A program made the translations under genes and the position numbers. A DNA stretch of 64,000 nucleotides from Arcobacteraceae bacterium (GTDB lineage Bacteria > Campylobacterota > Campylobacteria > Campylobacterales > Arcobacteraceae). This document shows positions 22,210 to 32,569 of the stretch, one piece after another. The first letter of the stretch is position 1. Every line of letters starts with the position of its first letter. The notes under the pieces were generated by a model that saw only the letters and a list, made by a program, of their open reading frames with translations, did not search any database and was not told the DNA's origin. The stretch is taken from the NCBI GenBank assembly GCA_963662945.1, contig OY759974.1, forward strand, positions 1,024,001-1,088,000, read 5' to 3'.

Positions 22210-23616
22210 TTACCCCTTTTTATTTTCAAATAAATCTTTTGCTGCAAGTTTCATAATTTGATTATTTTTTTCTTCCAACATATGATCTAACACATCAAAT
22301 ACTTGCTGACTTGCTGCTTCTATTTTAGTAACTTTATCCTCTATTACAGCTTTAGAACACACTACTGTATTACCAGCACATTCTTTTGCCAATGCATTTG
22401 CTTCATCATGTACCATTTTATGTGGTACATTTAAACTTGCATAAGATTTAGTAGTTCCAAATTCTGTTTTTCCTAAACCTGTATCATACCATTTTCCTAA
22501 TCTACACATTGTGTGTTCTGTTGGTTTAAAGTTATTACTTTCACCAAATAATAATTGATATAAATTATTTTTATATATTACGTGGTCAAGTTTTGCAAGA
22601 TTTACAAATATTTTATTACTTATTGCATCAACTTCATAAACATTTCTTCCTGAATTTTTTTGGAATCTATTCATAAGTTTAATCAAAATATCTACTCTAT
22701 CTTTTGTTTCTACAACAACTTTTGCAACAACATCAGAACTTGTTTTCATTCTAGCTGTTTCTTCTTGAATAGCAACTACCACATCTTTTATCTCTCGTGC
22801 AGCATCGGCACTTCTAGAAGCCAGGTTTCTCACCTCTTGTGCAACTACAGCGAATCCTTTTCCTGCTTCACCTGCTGTTGCTGCTTCTACTGCTGCGTTA
22901 AGTGAGAGAATATTTGTTTGGAATGCAATTTGATCAATTACAGTTATCGCATGTGCAATATCATCACTTTTTTGTACTAAATTTGTTACAATTTCATTTT
23001 CAGTTACAATTTGATTGTTAAGATTTTCTGTGTCACTTACAATACTTTTTGTTAATAATAAACCTTCATTTGAACCTTCAGCTGTTTCTTTTGATTCTTT
23101 TGACATATTATCAAGTTCTTCTAGTAATTCCTGATACACACTTTGAGTATTCATTAATGAGTGGTTAATGTTTTGATTATGTTTATGTAACAGTCCATCA
23201 TCTGCATTATCATGAATTGATGTTTTTACCAAAGATACTATAGTAAGATTATCATATTTTTTATATTCTAACCTAGCTTCACAATCTTCAATAATAATTC
23301 GATCTCCATTTTTTGCTACCACTTCAACTAAAGCTTGTGTATTTTTAATATTTTCTTTAGCTCTATTATTCATAAAAAGAATATGATTTTGATTATCAAA
23401 GGCAACAATTCCTTCATTTGTTGAAAATGAAGCAATCCGTTCTAGAGTAATTTTTTTAGATTCAACATCAGCAAGTTTTTTATCATAATCTGATATTAAC
23501 TTTTGAATTTCACTTTTACTTTTTTGTTCTACTTCTTGTAGCTTATCCTCAAGTTCTTGAACTTTCGACTTTAGTAACTCACATTCTTGTTCTTTAGCTT
23601 TATTGGAAAAAAACAT
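22210..23616 (-). CDS. Soluble chemoreceptor with C-terminal CZB zinc-binding domain (TlpD-like)
   Basis: No TM segment; MCP tip; KLDHVIYK...[10 protein letters not shown]...HKMVH CZB motif. Confidence 0.88.
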   Translation of the reverse strand: MFFSNKAKEQECELLKSKVQELEDKLQEVEQKSKSEIQKLISDYDKKLADVESKKITLERIASFSTNEGIVAFDNQNHILFMNNRAKENIKNTQALVEVVAKNGDRIIIEDCEARLEYKKYDNLTIVSLVKTSIHDNADDGLLHKHNQNINHSLMNTQSVYQELLEELDNMSKESKETAEGSNEGLLLTKSIVSDTENLNNQIVTENEIVTNLVQKSDDIAHAITVIDQIAFQTNILSLNAAVEAATAGEAGKGFAVVAQEVRNLASRSADAAREIKDVVVAIQEETARMKTSSDVVAKVVVETKDRVDILIKLMNRFQKNSGRNVYEVDAISNKIFVNLAKLDHVIYKNNLYQLLFGESNNFKPTEHTMCRLGKWYDTGLGKTEFGTTKSYASLNVPHKMVHDEANALAKECAGNTVVCSKAVIEDKVTKIEAASQQVFDVLDHMLEEKNNQIMKLAAKDLFENKKG

Positions 23617-23676
23617 CTTAGATACCCTTGAATTTTAAATTTTAATGATTATATCTCATTGAAGATTATATAAAAA

Positions 23677-24708
23677 TTAATTATACACGCAATAGCCACT
23701 ACTAAATGCCCATTGAAAATTATAACCCCCTAATTCCCCAGTTATATCAACTACTTCACCTATAAAATAGAGACCTTTTTGGTACTTACTTTCCATATTT
23801 TTTTCTAACTCTTTCACTAAAATTCCACCTTTTGTCACTTCTGCTTTTGTATATCCAAAATTTCCTGCAGGTGCCATTTGATAATTATGAATATCAATAT
23901 CTATATTCTTAATAGCTTGTTTAAATCTTTTTGGTAAATAACTATCTTTATATGGTGCAAAATCTATTACTATATTTCCTTTTTTCCAATAGAGTGATGT
24001 AGTTAAAATTACTGGTCCACTACACCCTTTATGGGTAAAAAGCATTTTCCCTTCTATGGTTTTATCTTCAACTTTTATTTTTGCATCAAGAGATAAACCA
24101 CTTAACTCTTTAAACCAAAATTCTGATTTTTGTACTGTAAATCCTACTAGTGCAGGATCGAGTCTATTGACTGTATGTCCAAACTTTTTTGCTATTTTAA
24201 ATCCTATATCTGTAGCACCAAGTGTTGCATATGATAATCCCCCGGATGCCACAATCAACTCTTTTGATTCTAAGATTCCATGGGTAGTTTCAATAATAAA
24301 TTTTTCATCTTGAAACTCCACATTCAACACTTCACAATTAAGATATTGTTTTGTTTTTGAAATAAGTTTTTTAAATATAGTAATTGGTTCATCACTACTT
24401 TTACAAAAATAAGTTCCTTTGACTATTTTTTCATTGATTATTGGATGAACACCATTTTTATTTAAAAAAGCAAGTAATTTTTTATTATCAAATCTTTTAA
24501 AAACATCATCTATGAAATTTTCATCTCCAAGATAATATTTACTATTAAGATATTTATTTGTGATATTACACTTAGCACCACCACTTATCTTAATTTTTGC
24601 ACCTATACTAGGATTTTTGTCTATTATACAAACTTTTTTATTTTGCAATCTACTAGCAGCCATAAGTCCACTAGCTCCTGCTCCTATTATAGCTATATCA
24701 TAAATCAT
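23677..24708 (-). CDS. HI0933/BaiN-family flavoprotein oxidoreductase
   Basis: IIGAGASG, KIKISGGAKCNITN, LFTHKG.SGP, AEVTKGG, GELGGYNFQWAFSSG. Confidence 0.92.
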   Translation of the reverse strand: MIYDIAIIGAGASGLMAASRLQNKKVCIIDKNPSIGAKIKISGGAKCNITNKYLNSKYYLGDENFIDDVFKRFDNKKLLAFLNKNGVHPIINEKIVKGTYFCKSSDEPITIFKKLISKTKQYLNCEVLNVEFQDEKFIIETTHGILESKELIVASGGLSYATLGATDIGFKIAKKFGHTVNRLDPALVGFTVQKSEFWFKELSGLSLDAKIKVEDKTIEGKMLFTHKGCSGPVILTTSLYWKKGNIVIDFAPYKDSYLPKRFKQAIKNIDIDIHNYQMAPAGNFGYTKAEVTKGGILVKELEKNMESKYQKGLYFIGEVVDITGELGGYNFQWAFSSGYCVYN

Positions 24709-25502
24709 TATTTATAAGCTTTAACTACAAATCCTCTTTTATTTTTATGTGTTATTGTATAATTAACACTATCAATTTGTACCTGTTTACCTAAGTATTG
24801 TCGTATCACCCAACTAGCTTCTACTACTCTTTGTTTTGAAAGTCCATGTTGTGCATATTTTGAAAGATTTCCTACTCTTTGTTTACCATAAACATCTTCA
24901 AGTTTTTCAATCAATTTAAACTCTTGCTTATCTATAAGTCCAATTACCTCAAATCTTTTTGCATCTTTATTATTATTCAAAAACTCTAAGAGTGCTTTTT
25001 TACACTCTTTTGTTATATATTCACTGCTACTTTTTAATGTCTTACAAGTATATGTATAAGTTTTCCCAGATTTTCCCATAGTATCTGATGTAGCAATATC
25101 ATCTACTTTTTGATCTTCTGGGATAAGTGCTATACTTGTATCCATTCTTGTATGTGTATTATTTTGGGTTGCAATAATTTTCTCTACAACTTTTGGTTCT
25201 TTTTTAACCACAGCCTCTTCCAGTTTTTTCAAAGTACTAAGATTTTGTGTTTCTAATTGATTTACTTTGTAATCATAAAGTGATTTTAAAACATATTTAT
25301 CTTGTATATAAAGAGGTAGTGTATCAAAACTCACATCCTCTTTTTTAATATAATTATCTTTAATATGGTCTTTTTGTACAATCTCTTTTGTACCATGAAG
25401 ATATCCAATATATCCCAATAATACAACTATTATAAAAAGTAATATATATATTAAACCATTGCTTTGTTGTGGTTTTTCTTGTTGAGTATTTAGTTGTTCC
25501 AT
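24708..25502 (-). CDS. Single-pass membrane protein, possible divergent OmpA/MotB-like C-terminal domain
   Basis: N-terminal TM; C-terminal FEVIGLID...GLSKQRV...RGFVV pattern. Confidence 0.55.
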   Translation of the reverse strand: MEQLNTQQEKPQQSNGLIYILLFIIVVLLGYIGYLHGTKEIVQKDHIKDNYIKKEDVSFDTLPLYIQDKYVLKSLYDYKVNQLETQNLSTLKKLEEAVVKKEPKVVEKIIATQNNTHTRMDTSIALIPEDQKVDDIATSDTMGKSGKTYTYTCKTLKSSSEYITKECKKALLEFLNNNKDAKRFEVIGLIDKQEFKLIEKLEDVYGKQRVGNLSKYAQHGLSKQRVVEASWVIRQYLGKQVQIDSVNYTITHKNKRGFVVKAYK

Positions 25503-25503
25503 T

Positions 25504-28482
25504 TTATTTTCCTTTTTTTGTCAAATAATTCATCGTAGCATTAATAAGGTCATCATCATCTCTACTATTTGCTTTGATTGTTTCTTTTGTTTCATCATTA
25601 TACACTATGGTTATATTCATATCATAATTACTTATAGTTTTAATATGTTTTTCAAGTGCATTTATTTTTATAATTATAAGCTCTATAAACTGTTTTGTAG
25701 GTAAATCGAGTTTCCCAAATCTATCTTCCATCTCATCTTGTATCATAAATACATCTTTTTTAGACTCAGCCCGACTAAGACGTCTATAAAGTTCAAGTCT
25801 TACTCTATCTTCACTAATATAATCACTTGAAATAAAAGCTGTAATACTTAGTTTAATATCAACCTCTTTTGTCTCTTCTTTCAGTTCTCCACTTAAAGTT
25901 GCAATTGCTTCCTCTAACATTTTTAGATAAAGTCCATATCCTATTTGTTTGATATGTCCACTTTGAGCTTCCCCGATAATATTCCCACCACCTCGTATCT
26001 CTAAATCTTGATGGGCTAAAGCTGTACCACTTCCAAGATATGAGTTACTTTCTAAGGCAAGAAGTCTTCGTATAGCATCTTTTGTAATAGTTTTTTTATC
26101 CTCAACCAAAAAGTAACAATATCCCTCTTTATCACTTCTTCCAACACGACCTCTTAGCTGATGGAGATCTGCAATTCCAAATCTATCTGCACCATCTATT
26201 ATCATACTATTTGCATTTGGCAAGTGAAGTCCTGATTCTACTATACTTGTTGCAAGAAGTATATCAATCTCTCCAGCTGCAAAGGCTTCAATAGTCTCTT
26301 CACTTTGTTTTGGTGTGATTTGTGAATGCATCACAGCAATTTTAAGATTTGGTATTATTTGTAATAAATCAGCTTTTTTAGTCTCAATTGTAGCAATATT
26401 ATTATAAATATAAAAAAGTTGTCCACCACGTCTTTTTTCTCGCAAGATTATCTCTTTGATAAGTTTCTCATCATACTCTTTTACAAAACTTCGCACCCCA
26501 AGTCTTTCACTTGGAGGAGTTAGTAAACTACTCATCCCTTTTACTTTTGATAAAGCAAGATTCAGTGTTCTTGGTATTGGTGTAGCACTCATTGAGAAGA
26601 TATGTACATCACTTCTAAGCTCTTTTAATTTCTCTTTTTGTTTTACACCAAACTTATGCTCTTCATCTATTACTACAAGACCTAAATTGTGTGTTTTAAC
26701 TCCAAGAAGCGCATGGGTTCCCACAACTAAATCTATCTTTCCACTTTCAAGTGATTGTTTGATAGCATTTCTATCTTTCCCTACAGTTCTTCCATCAAGT
26801 TTAGCCACTTTTATACCAAATGGTTCCAGTCTTTTTTTAATCCCCTCAAAATGTTGGCTTGCAAGAAGTGTTGTAGGACAAACAAACAATGCTTGATATC
26901 CATTAAGTATAGTTGCCAATATACCATTTAAAGCAACTTCTGTTTTCCCAAATCCAACATCTCCACTTAAAAGTCTATCCATAACCAAACCACTAGAAAT
27001 ATCAGCTAAAAACTCTTTGATACTTCTATTTTGATCTTTTGTGTATTCAAACCCAGCTTGAGATTGAAGAAGTTGTATCTCCTCTTTTGAAGTATCTATA
27101 TAGATCCCTTTTGTAAGCTCTCGTTTCGCTGCAAGTGCTATAATATCTCCAGCTATGGCAAAAAGTCTCTCTTTTACTTTTGATTTAAGCTTCGCAAAAC
27201 TTCCTTTTCCAAGCTTATCAACAACTGCAATACTTCCACTATCAGCCAAATATCTATCAATAATCCCAATATTCTCAACTGGTATTAAAAGTCTATCATC
27301 CCCAGCATACTGTACTATCACAAAATCTCTCTTTGCACCCATAACAGTAACTGGCTCAATCCCTTTAAACTGACCAATTCCATGAATCTCATGTACCACA
27401 AAATCATCTTTTTGTAACTCATCAAGAACGATTTTTGGTTTCTTTTTCCGTTTCTTTTTAACCTCTTTGTTAAGAGAGATAATAACCTCATCATCACTTA
27501 CTAGATTTATTACCTGATAATCTATTTTGTAAGTGATATTTTTATCAGTTATATCTAATTCATGTGAACGAATTTTTCCTTCAGTTGAAGAGATAATAGT
27601 AACTTTTTTTCCAGCATGAAATTGTAAAAACTCTTTGATATTTACCACATCAATTTTTTTATAAGTATCATCTTCATTTAAAGCTGGAAGAGTAAGTAGT
27701 TTTTCTTTCTCTACCCTTTTTTCTTCAAAAATATATGCTTCTTCTATCTCAGAAAGTGCCTCTTTTGTAATAACACTTTTTAATTTCTGGGTATAATAAG
27801 TGGCATCATCATCTAAAAACCAAAATCCAAGTGAGTGTATATCTTTTTGAAATACATCAATATTGCTATTTTCTATTTTCTCATTTAGAACTGCTAATTT
27901 TTGTTCATCTAAAGCTAAAAATGAAGCAGAGAGTGTAAAGTTTTCCAACTCCTCTTTAAATGACTTTTGATTTTCCACATCAAATTTTCGAATACTCTCA
28001 ATCTCAGTATCAAATAAACTCACCCTATATCCATATTCCTCATGGGGTGGACAAATATCAATAATATCTCCCCTTATAGAAACTTCACCAGCTTCAGATA
28101 CAATATCAACAAAGTAGTATCCCCAATTATAAAGCTTCTCCTTTAACTCATCTAAATCAATAGTCTCCCCAAACTCTAAAGTTAAACTATCAAAACAATT
28201 CTCATTTGGAAGTGGATAAGATATAGTACGAAGTGGAGAGATAAGAATTTTATCTTGTTTTTTATACTTATGATACTCCTGAAGCGTTGCTGTTAACTCT
28301 TTAATCTCATCAGAAAACGAAAGTAAATCATCCCCAAAATTTGCTCGCAAATCACTTAACACAAAAGGAGTTTTTCCTAAAAATGAGGCACAATCTCGTG
28401 CTATATTTGCTTGTTTTTCATCCGCTACAATTAAAAGTTGTGTATCTTTGTTGTTTTTTATATGGTTAAATATTTTATTCAT
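25504..28482 (-). CDS. mfd: Transcription-repair coupling factor
   Basis: VVHEIHGIG, MDRLLSGDVGFGKTEVA, IDEEHKFGV, SATPIPRTL, QLRGRVGRS, DLEIRGGGN. Confidence 0.97.
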   Translation of the reverse strand: MNKIFNHIKNNKDTQLLIVADEKQANIARDCASFLGKTPFVLSDLRANFGDDLLSFSDEIKELTATLQEYHKYKKQDKILISPLRTISYPLPNENCFDSLTLEFGETIDLDELKEKLYNWGYYFVDIVSEAGEVSIRGDIIDICPPHEEYGYRVSLFDTEIESIRKFDVENQKSFKEELENFTLSASFLALDEQKLAVLNEKIENSNIDVFQKDIHSLGFWFLDDDATYYTQKLKSVITKEALSEIEEAYIFEEKRVEKEKLLTLPALNEDDTYKKIDVVNIKEFLQFHAGKKVTIISSTEGKIRSHELDITDKNITYKIDYQVINLVSDDEVIISLNKEVKKKRKKKPKIVLDELQKDDFVVHEIHGIGQFKGIEPVTVMGAKRDFVIVQYAGDDRLLIPVENIGIIDRYLADSGSIAVVDKLGKGSFAKLKSKVKERLFAIAGDIIALAAKRELTKGIYIDTSKEEIQLLQSQAGFEYTKDQNRSIKEFLADISSGLVMDRLLSGDVGFGKTEVALNGILATILNGYQALFVCPTTLLASQHFEGIKKRLEPFGIKVAKLDGRTVGKDRNAIKQSLESGKIDLVVGTHALLGVKTHNLGLVVIDEEHKFGVKQKEKLKELRSDVHIFSMSATPIPRTLNLALSKVKGMSSLLTPPSERLGVRSFVKEYDEKLIKEIILREKRRGGQLFYIYNNIATIETKKADLLQIIPNLKIAVMHSQITPKQSEETIEAFAAGEIDILLATSIVESGLHLPNANSMIIDGADRFGIADLHQLRGRVGRSDKEGYCYFLVEDKKTITKDAIRRLLALESNSYLGSGTALAHQDLEIRGGGNIIGEAQSGHIKQIGYGLYLKMLEEAIATLSGELKEETKEVDIKLSITAFISSDYISEDRVRLELYRRLSRAESKKDVFMIQDEMEDRFGKLDLPTKQFIELIIIKINALEKHIKTISNYDMNITIVYNDETKETIKANSRDDDDLINATMNYLTKKGK

Positions 28483-28501
28483 CTATCTTCTTACTATTTT
28501 T

Positions 28502-29209
28502 TTAAATCACTAGTGCACTCAATAGTCCAATAGCTCCACCAAAAACTCCACCCCAAACCACAAGCCATCCAAGATGTTCTTTTATAATATGTTGTACTAA
28601 CTCTTTTACCATTTTTGGATTGAGTTCATCAAGTCTAGCAGTTACTACTGTATCAATTTTTTTTGATAAATCATCAGTAATATTTTGATTTGATAAACTT
28701 TTTTGCAATGTAGTTTGAAAAGTATCTGTATGGACTATCTCATTGATAGCTTTTTTCATCTTGATTTCAAATGGCTCTTTAAGTGGCTCTAAAGCTTTCT
28801 CTCCACCAAACATCCCAAGCATTCCACCAAAACTTGACTCCATAACGGCACTTTTTAGGCTCTCAAATGCTATAGAAAAGTCTGTGCTATTTATTAAATT
28901 TGTAAAATCAAACTTTTTATCATCGCTACTTAATTCACTTTGAAAAAACTTATTAAGATTTTCTTTTGTAAAAAACTGCTCCATAATAAGAGCGTGAATA
29001 GAACTTTTAAACTCTTCAAATCTATTCTCAACCACACCACTTCCATATAAAAATGGCACTTTTTCAAATAACATATGTACAGCCAACCAATTTGTAACAG
29101 CACCACTTAAAGCAAAAAGTCCAACTGTTAATACAACACTACTATTTATAAAAAAACCAACTATTACTACTAAAAATGCAACACCATTTGTTGCTAAACT
29201 TTTATTCAT
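28502..29209 (-). CDS. DUF445 family membrane protein
   Basis: GAVTNWLAVHMLF, HLGWLVVWGGVFGG. Confidence 0.85.
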   Translation of the reverse strand: MNKSLATNGVAFLVVIVGFFINSSVVLTVGLFALSGAVTNWLAVHMLFEKVPFLYGSGVVENRFEEFKSSIHALIMEQFFTKENLNKFFQSELSSDDKKFDFTNLINSTDFSIAFESLKSAVMESSFGGMLGMFGGEKALEPLKEPFEIKMKKAINEIVHTDTFQTTLQKSLSNQNITDDLSKKIDTVVTARLDELNPKMVKELVQHIIKEHLGWLVVWGGVFGGAIGLLSALVI

Positions 29210-31949
29210 ATTTCACCTCTAATAATTCTATATTCTCTTTTTGAAGATAGACTACAAAGCCTCTTACATCTTCACATTTTACAATATCTTTGATAGCCTC
29301 AACATATTTTTGCACCTGTTCTATATGTGTATAACTTTGTCCAAGTGTTGTTTTATAATCAACTACTACAAAACTATCCTCTTTTTGTACAAGCAGATCT
29401 ATAATCTTATGTTCATTTTCAAACATTAATGACTGTTCTTTAGTAAAATTACTATTGTTTACGATATGTTGAAACTTCTCATTTGTAATAAGAAGTTTGA
29501 TTCGTGAAAAAATATCATTAAATTGCTCTTTTGTCAATAAATTGATAAATTTATTTTGCGTTAAAAGAATCGCCTTTTCTAAACTTGTCTCATCAAAGTT
29601 TTTCATCATCTCCAAACAATAGTGAGTTGCAATTCCAAAATATCTCGCTTTTATATTGTCTTTATCCTCTAAAGTTGCTTTCTCTTTCTCTTGATAACCA
29701 AAGTTTTGAGGAATATAGGAGATTTGTGCAGTTTCCTCTTTATAAATTGCTTTTTGTGGTGCAATAAAAAGAGTACCTAAAGTTTGTGTTTGAAAATCTC
29801 CCAAATACTCATAGACACTGCTTTTCTCTTTTTTCAAGACAATCATATTGTTTTTTGCCCGTGTAAGTGCTACATATAAGATATTGAGTTCATCGGCAAC
29901 TACAAGTTTCTTCTCTTTTTGGGTAGCTTCTTCATAAAACCTATCGAAGTTTTCCCTATTGGCTCTTTTGTAATAAATTTTTTGCAGCTCTATATCATTG
30001 TATTCAAACAGTAGTGAACTTCTATTTGGCACTTTTTTTGTTACTCTATCACATACTATTACTGTATCAAACTCTAGCCCTTTTGATTTGAATATAGTTA
30101 AAATAGTTAGACCATTTTTATTTTGAGATACCATTGCTGTATCATCTTTGTCTATATCATACACAAAGTCTGTGATACTCTCATATCCCTTTGAGAGTTC
30201 GATGAGTCGTATCACATTTTCATCAACTATCCCAAAGTGATAGCTTAGTTTTTTGACTATTGTTACTAAATCTGTAGTTTCTAAATCAACCGTGAAATTA
30301 AACTTTTCAAAATATTCTCTTCCTACCAAACTATTGAAATTTACTTTATAAATATTTTCTTTGAAATAGAGATATTTCACTGCGTTGATTACAGTTTTTA
30401 CATTATTTTGATTGATGAGTTTTGAGGTCATCTCGGTAACTACATCTAGTGTTGGTTTCTTAAGTTTAAGATACTCATAGATTGCTAATACATCTGCATT
30501 TGTATAGGTTAAGATTGCTATATTATTTGGTTGTACTCCTGCAATTAAAAGCTCATCAACTTTTTTTTCTACCTCATCATAAAACAGTTCTTTCTCATCA
30601 CTTACACTACACACTTCTACATATCCATCGATTTGAGAGTTTACTTTTTGTGCATCATACTCATAGTTTGCTAGATTGTTAAAAGTGGTGTTTACAAAAT
30701 TTACAACATGATTACTACTTCTATAATTTGTATCAAGCAACTCTACTTCTAAAAGAGGATGAAATATGCTTGAGACATAATCAAAAAGCTCTTTTGTTCC
30801 ACCTCTAAATCGATAGATAGATTGTTTTATATCCCCCACATAAAAAAATGTTTTAAAAACTTCTGGATTTCCAGAGATTATCTCATCAATAAGATGAAAC
30901 AAAATCTTAAATTGTAAAGTAGAGGTATCTTGAAACTCATCTATTAAGATATGGTTGTATTTTGTATCAAGTCGAAAATATAAAAAATCTTTCTCTATAT
31001 GATTTTCAAGAAGTTGATAGACAATATTTGTAATATCACTAAACTCCAAAGAGTTTCGCTGACGATTATACTTATCTCTAAAACTTTTAAAATCATCAAA
31101 TATTTTAAAAAGATTTTTTAAAGTATAACTCTCTTGTATTTGATAGTATAAAGTGATGTTTTGTTGTAATTTAGCTAAATTCTCATCAAGCTCTACAGGA
31201 GGTTTTGCTTTTTTAAAATAGCTAAATTCACTCAGACTCTCTTTTGTAAGCCAAGTTTTTCCTTTCTCTAAAAGCTCTTCGACAGTTTTAAAATCAACTG
31301 CATTAAAAGCAGACTGGGAGAGATTACTTTTCTCTACAAACTCTTTGATGATATTTGCATCTTCTAAAATCGCAATTTTTACAGCTTCGTAACTTCCTTT
31401 TGGATACTCTACTATCTCATTTTTTTCATTTTTCTCTTCAAGGAGTTTAAAAAGCTCCACTATGGAGTTAAGTTTTTTATTTTCTAGATGTGCAAAAGCA
31501 ATAAGTGATTCAAACTGACTCTCATCAAGTGAAATTAAAAACTTATAAAGTAAAAGCTCCTCATCATCAAACTTAATATCAAAATCATCATTTATCCCTA
31601 TATATCCACTAAACTCTCGTAAGATTTTATTGATAAATTTATCTATTGTATAGATTGCTAACTCACTTGAGATAAATTTTTCTACTAAAAATTGTTTCTT
31701 ATTTATAATCTCTTGTTTTGATAAACTTGTCTCTTTTATAATGGCACTTAAGATAGCCTCATCATTTCCAAGGTTTAAAAGTGTGTCATAAATCCGCTGA
31801 CTCATCTGAGCTGCTGCTTTATTTGTAAAAGTAAGAGTTAATATCTCATTTGGTTTTGCTTCTAGTAGTAGAAGTGAAATATATCGCACGGTTAATGCAA
31901 ATGTTTTTCCACTTCCTGCACTGGCTTTAAGGGCTAAAAATGGTTTCAT
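29202..31949 (-). CDS. addA: AddA (RecB-like) helicase-nuclease
   Basis: ASAGSGKT, LTFTNKAA, IDEFQDT, VGDIKQSIYRFRG, SKGLEF, YVALTRA, C-terminal IDLL..VVDYKT nuclease. Confidence 0.92.
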   Translation of the reverse strand: MKPFLALKASAGSGKTFALTVRYISLLLLEAKPNEILTLTFTNKAAAQMSQRIYDTLLNLGNDEAILSAIIKETSLSKQEIINKKQFLVEKFISSELAIYTIDKFINKILREFSGYIGINDDFDIKFDDEELLLYKFLISLDESQFESLIAFAHLENKKLNSIVELFKLLEEKNEKNEIVEYPKGSYEAVKIAILEDANIIKEFVEKSNLSQSAFNAVDFKTVEELLEKGKTWLTKESLSEFSYFKKAKPPVELDENLAKLQQNITLYYQIQESYTLKNLFKIFDDFKSFRDKYNRQRNSLEFSDITNIVYQLLENHIEKDFLYFRLDTKYNHILIDEFQDTSTLQFKILFHLIDEIISGNPEVFKTFFYVGDIKQSIYRFRGGTKELFDYVSSIFHPLLEVELLDTNYRSSNHVVNFVNTTFNNLANYEYDAQKVNSQIDGYVEVCSVSDEKELFYDEVEKKVDELLIAGVQPNNIAILTYTNADVLAIYEYLKLKKPTLDVVTEMTSKLINQNNVKTVINAVKYLYFKENIYKVNFNSLVGREYFEKFNFTVDLETTDLVTIVKKLSYHFGIVDENVIRLIELSKGYESITDFVYDIDKDDTAMVSQNKNGLTILTIFKSKGLEFDTVIVCDRVTKKVPNRSSLLFEYNDIELQKIYYKRANRENFDRFYEEATQKEKKLVVADELNILYVALTRAKNNMIVLKKEKSSVYEYLGDFQTQTLGTLFIAPQKAIYKEETAQISYIPQNFGYQEKEKATLEDKDNIKARYFGIATHYCLEMMKNFDETSLEKAILLTQNKFINLLTKEQFNDIFSRIKLLITNEKFQHIVNNSNFTKEQSLMFENEHKIIDLLVQKEDSFVVVDYKTTLGQSYTHIEQVQKYVEAIKDIVKCEDVRGFVVYLQKENIELLEVKYE

Positions 31950-31952
31950 ATA

Positions 31953-32519
31953 TTATAAATTATTCACTTTTTTAATCAATATTGCAACTGTTTTAGAAAC
32001 AGAATCTCTGATTGCTTCATTTAATATATTTTCAAAATCACTAGCATCTGAAACCATCATCTTATAAGCAGTTTGATGAATATTTATATTTGAAGTTTTT
32101 GTTGTATTTCCTTGTTTTATAACTAACTCTAAAGCGATTGAAACTTGCATATTTTTTTTATCTAATTTATCTTTTTTATATGTTGCTTCTATTTTTTTTA
32201 TATTTACTTCGACATTGTACATAGCACCGTTTTGTTCATACATATCTGTAGTTTTCAACTCTCGAATAAAAGCTTCTCTATACCAAATTTTTAGATTGTT
32301 GCTTACATTGTACTGTTCAACTACAACACCCTCATCTAAAACTGTAGAGACCATTTGATTAACCCTTTGATCTTCTACACCTAAAAAATTTATTTTTGTA
32401 TTTTGTTTTTCATTTTGATTGAGTGTTACATAAGGTTTGAGATTTGATTCAAACTTTTTTGTACAACCTAAGAACACAATTCCTGCTAATAAAACTAATA
32501 TTACTTTTTTCATATTCAT
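31953..32519 (-). CDS. Lipoprotein, YajG-like
   Basis: Lipobox FLGC; V.DQR motif. The ATG at 32513 is an alternative start. Confidence 0.6.
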   Translation of the reverse strand: MNMKKVILVLLAGIVFLGCTKKFESNLKPYVTLNQNEKQNTKINFLGVEDQRVNQMVSTVLDEGVVVEQYNVSNNLKIWYREAFIRELKTTDMYEQNGAMYNVEVNIKKIEATYKKDKLDKKNMQVSIALELVIKQGNTTKTSNINIHQTAYKMMVSDASDFENILNEAIRDSVSKTVAILIKKVNNL

Positions 32520-32569
32520 TCCTTTTTATATTTTTAAAAATCTCTTCATTATAACAAAATGTTTACCAA

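Noticed and set aside
25500-32000. Impression of slightly different codon usage across mfd-addA
   Set aside because: Cannot be quantified by eye; these are core genes with no mobility markers
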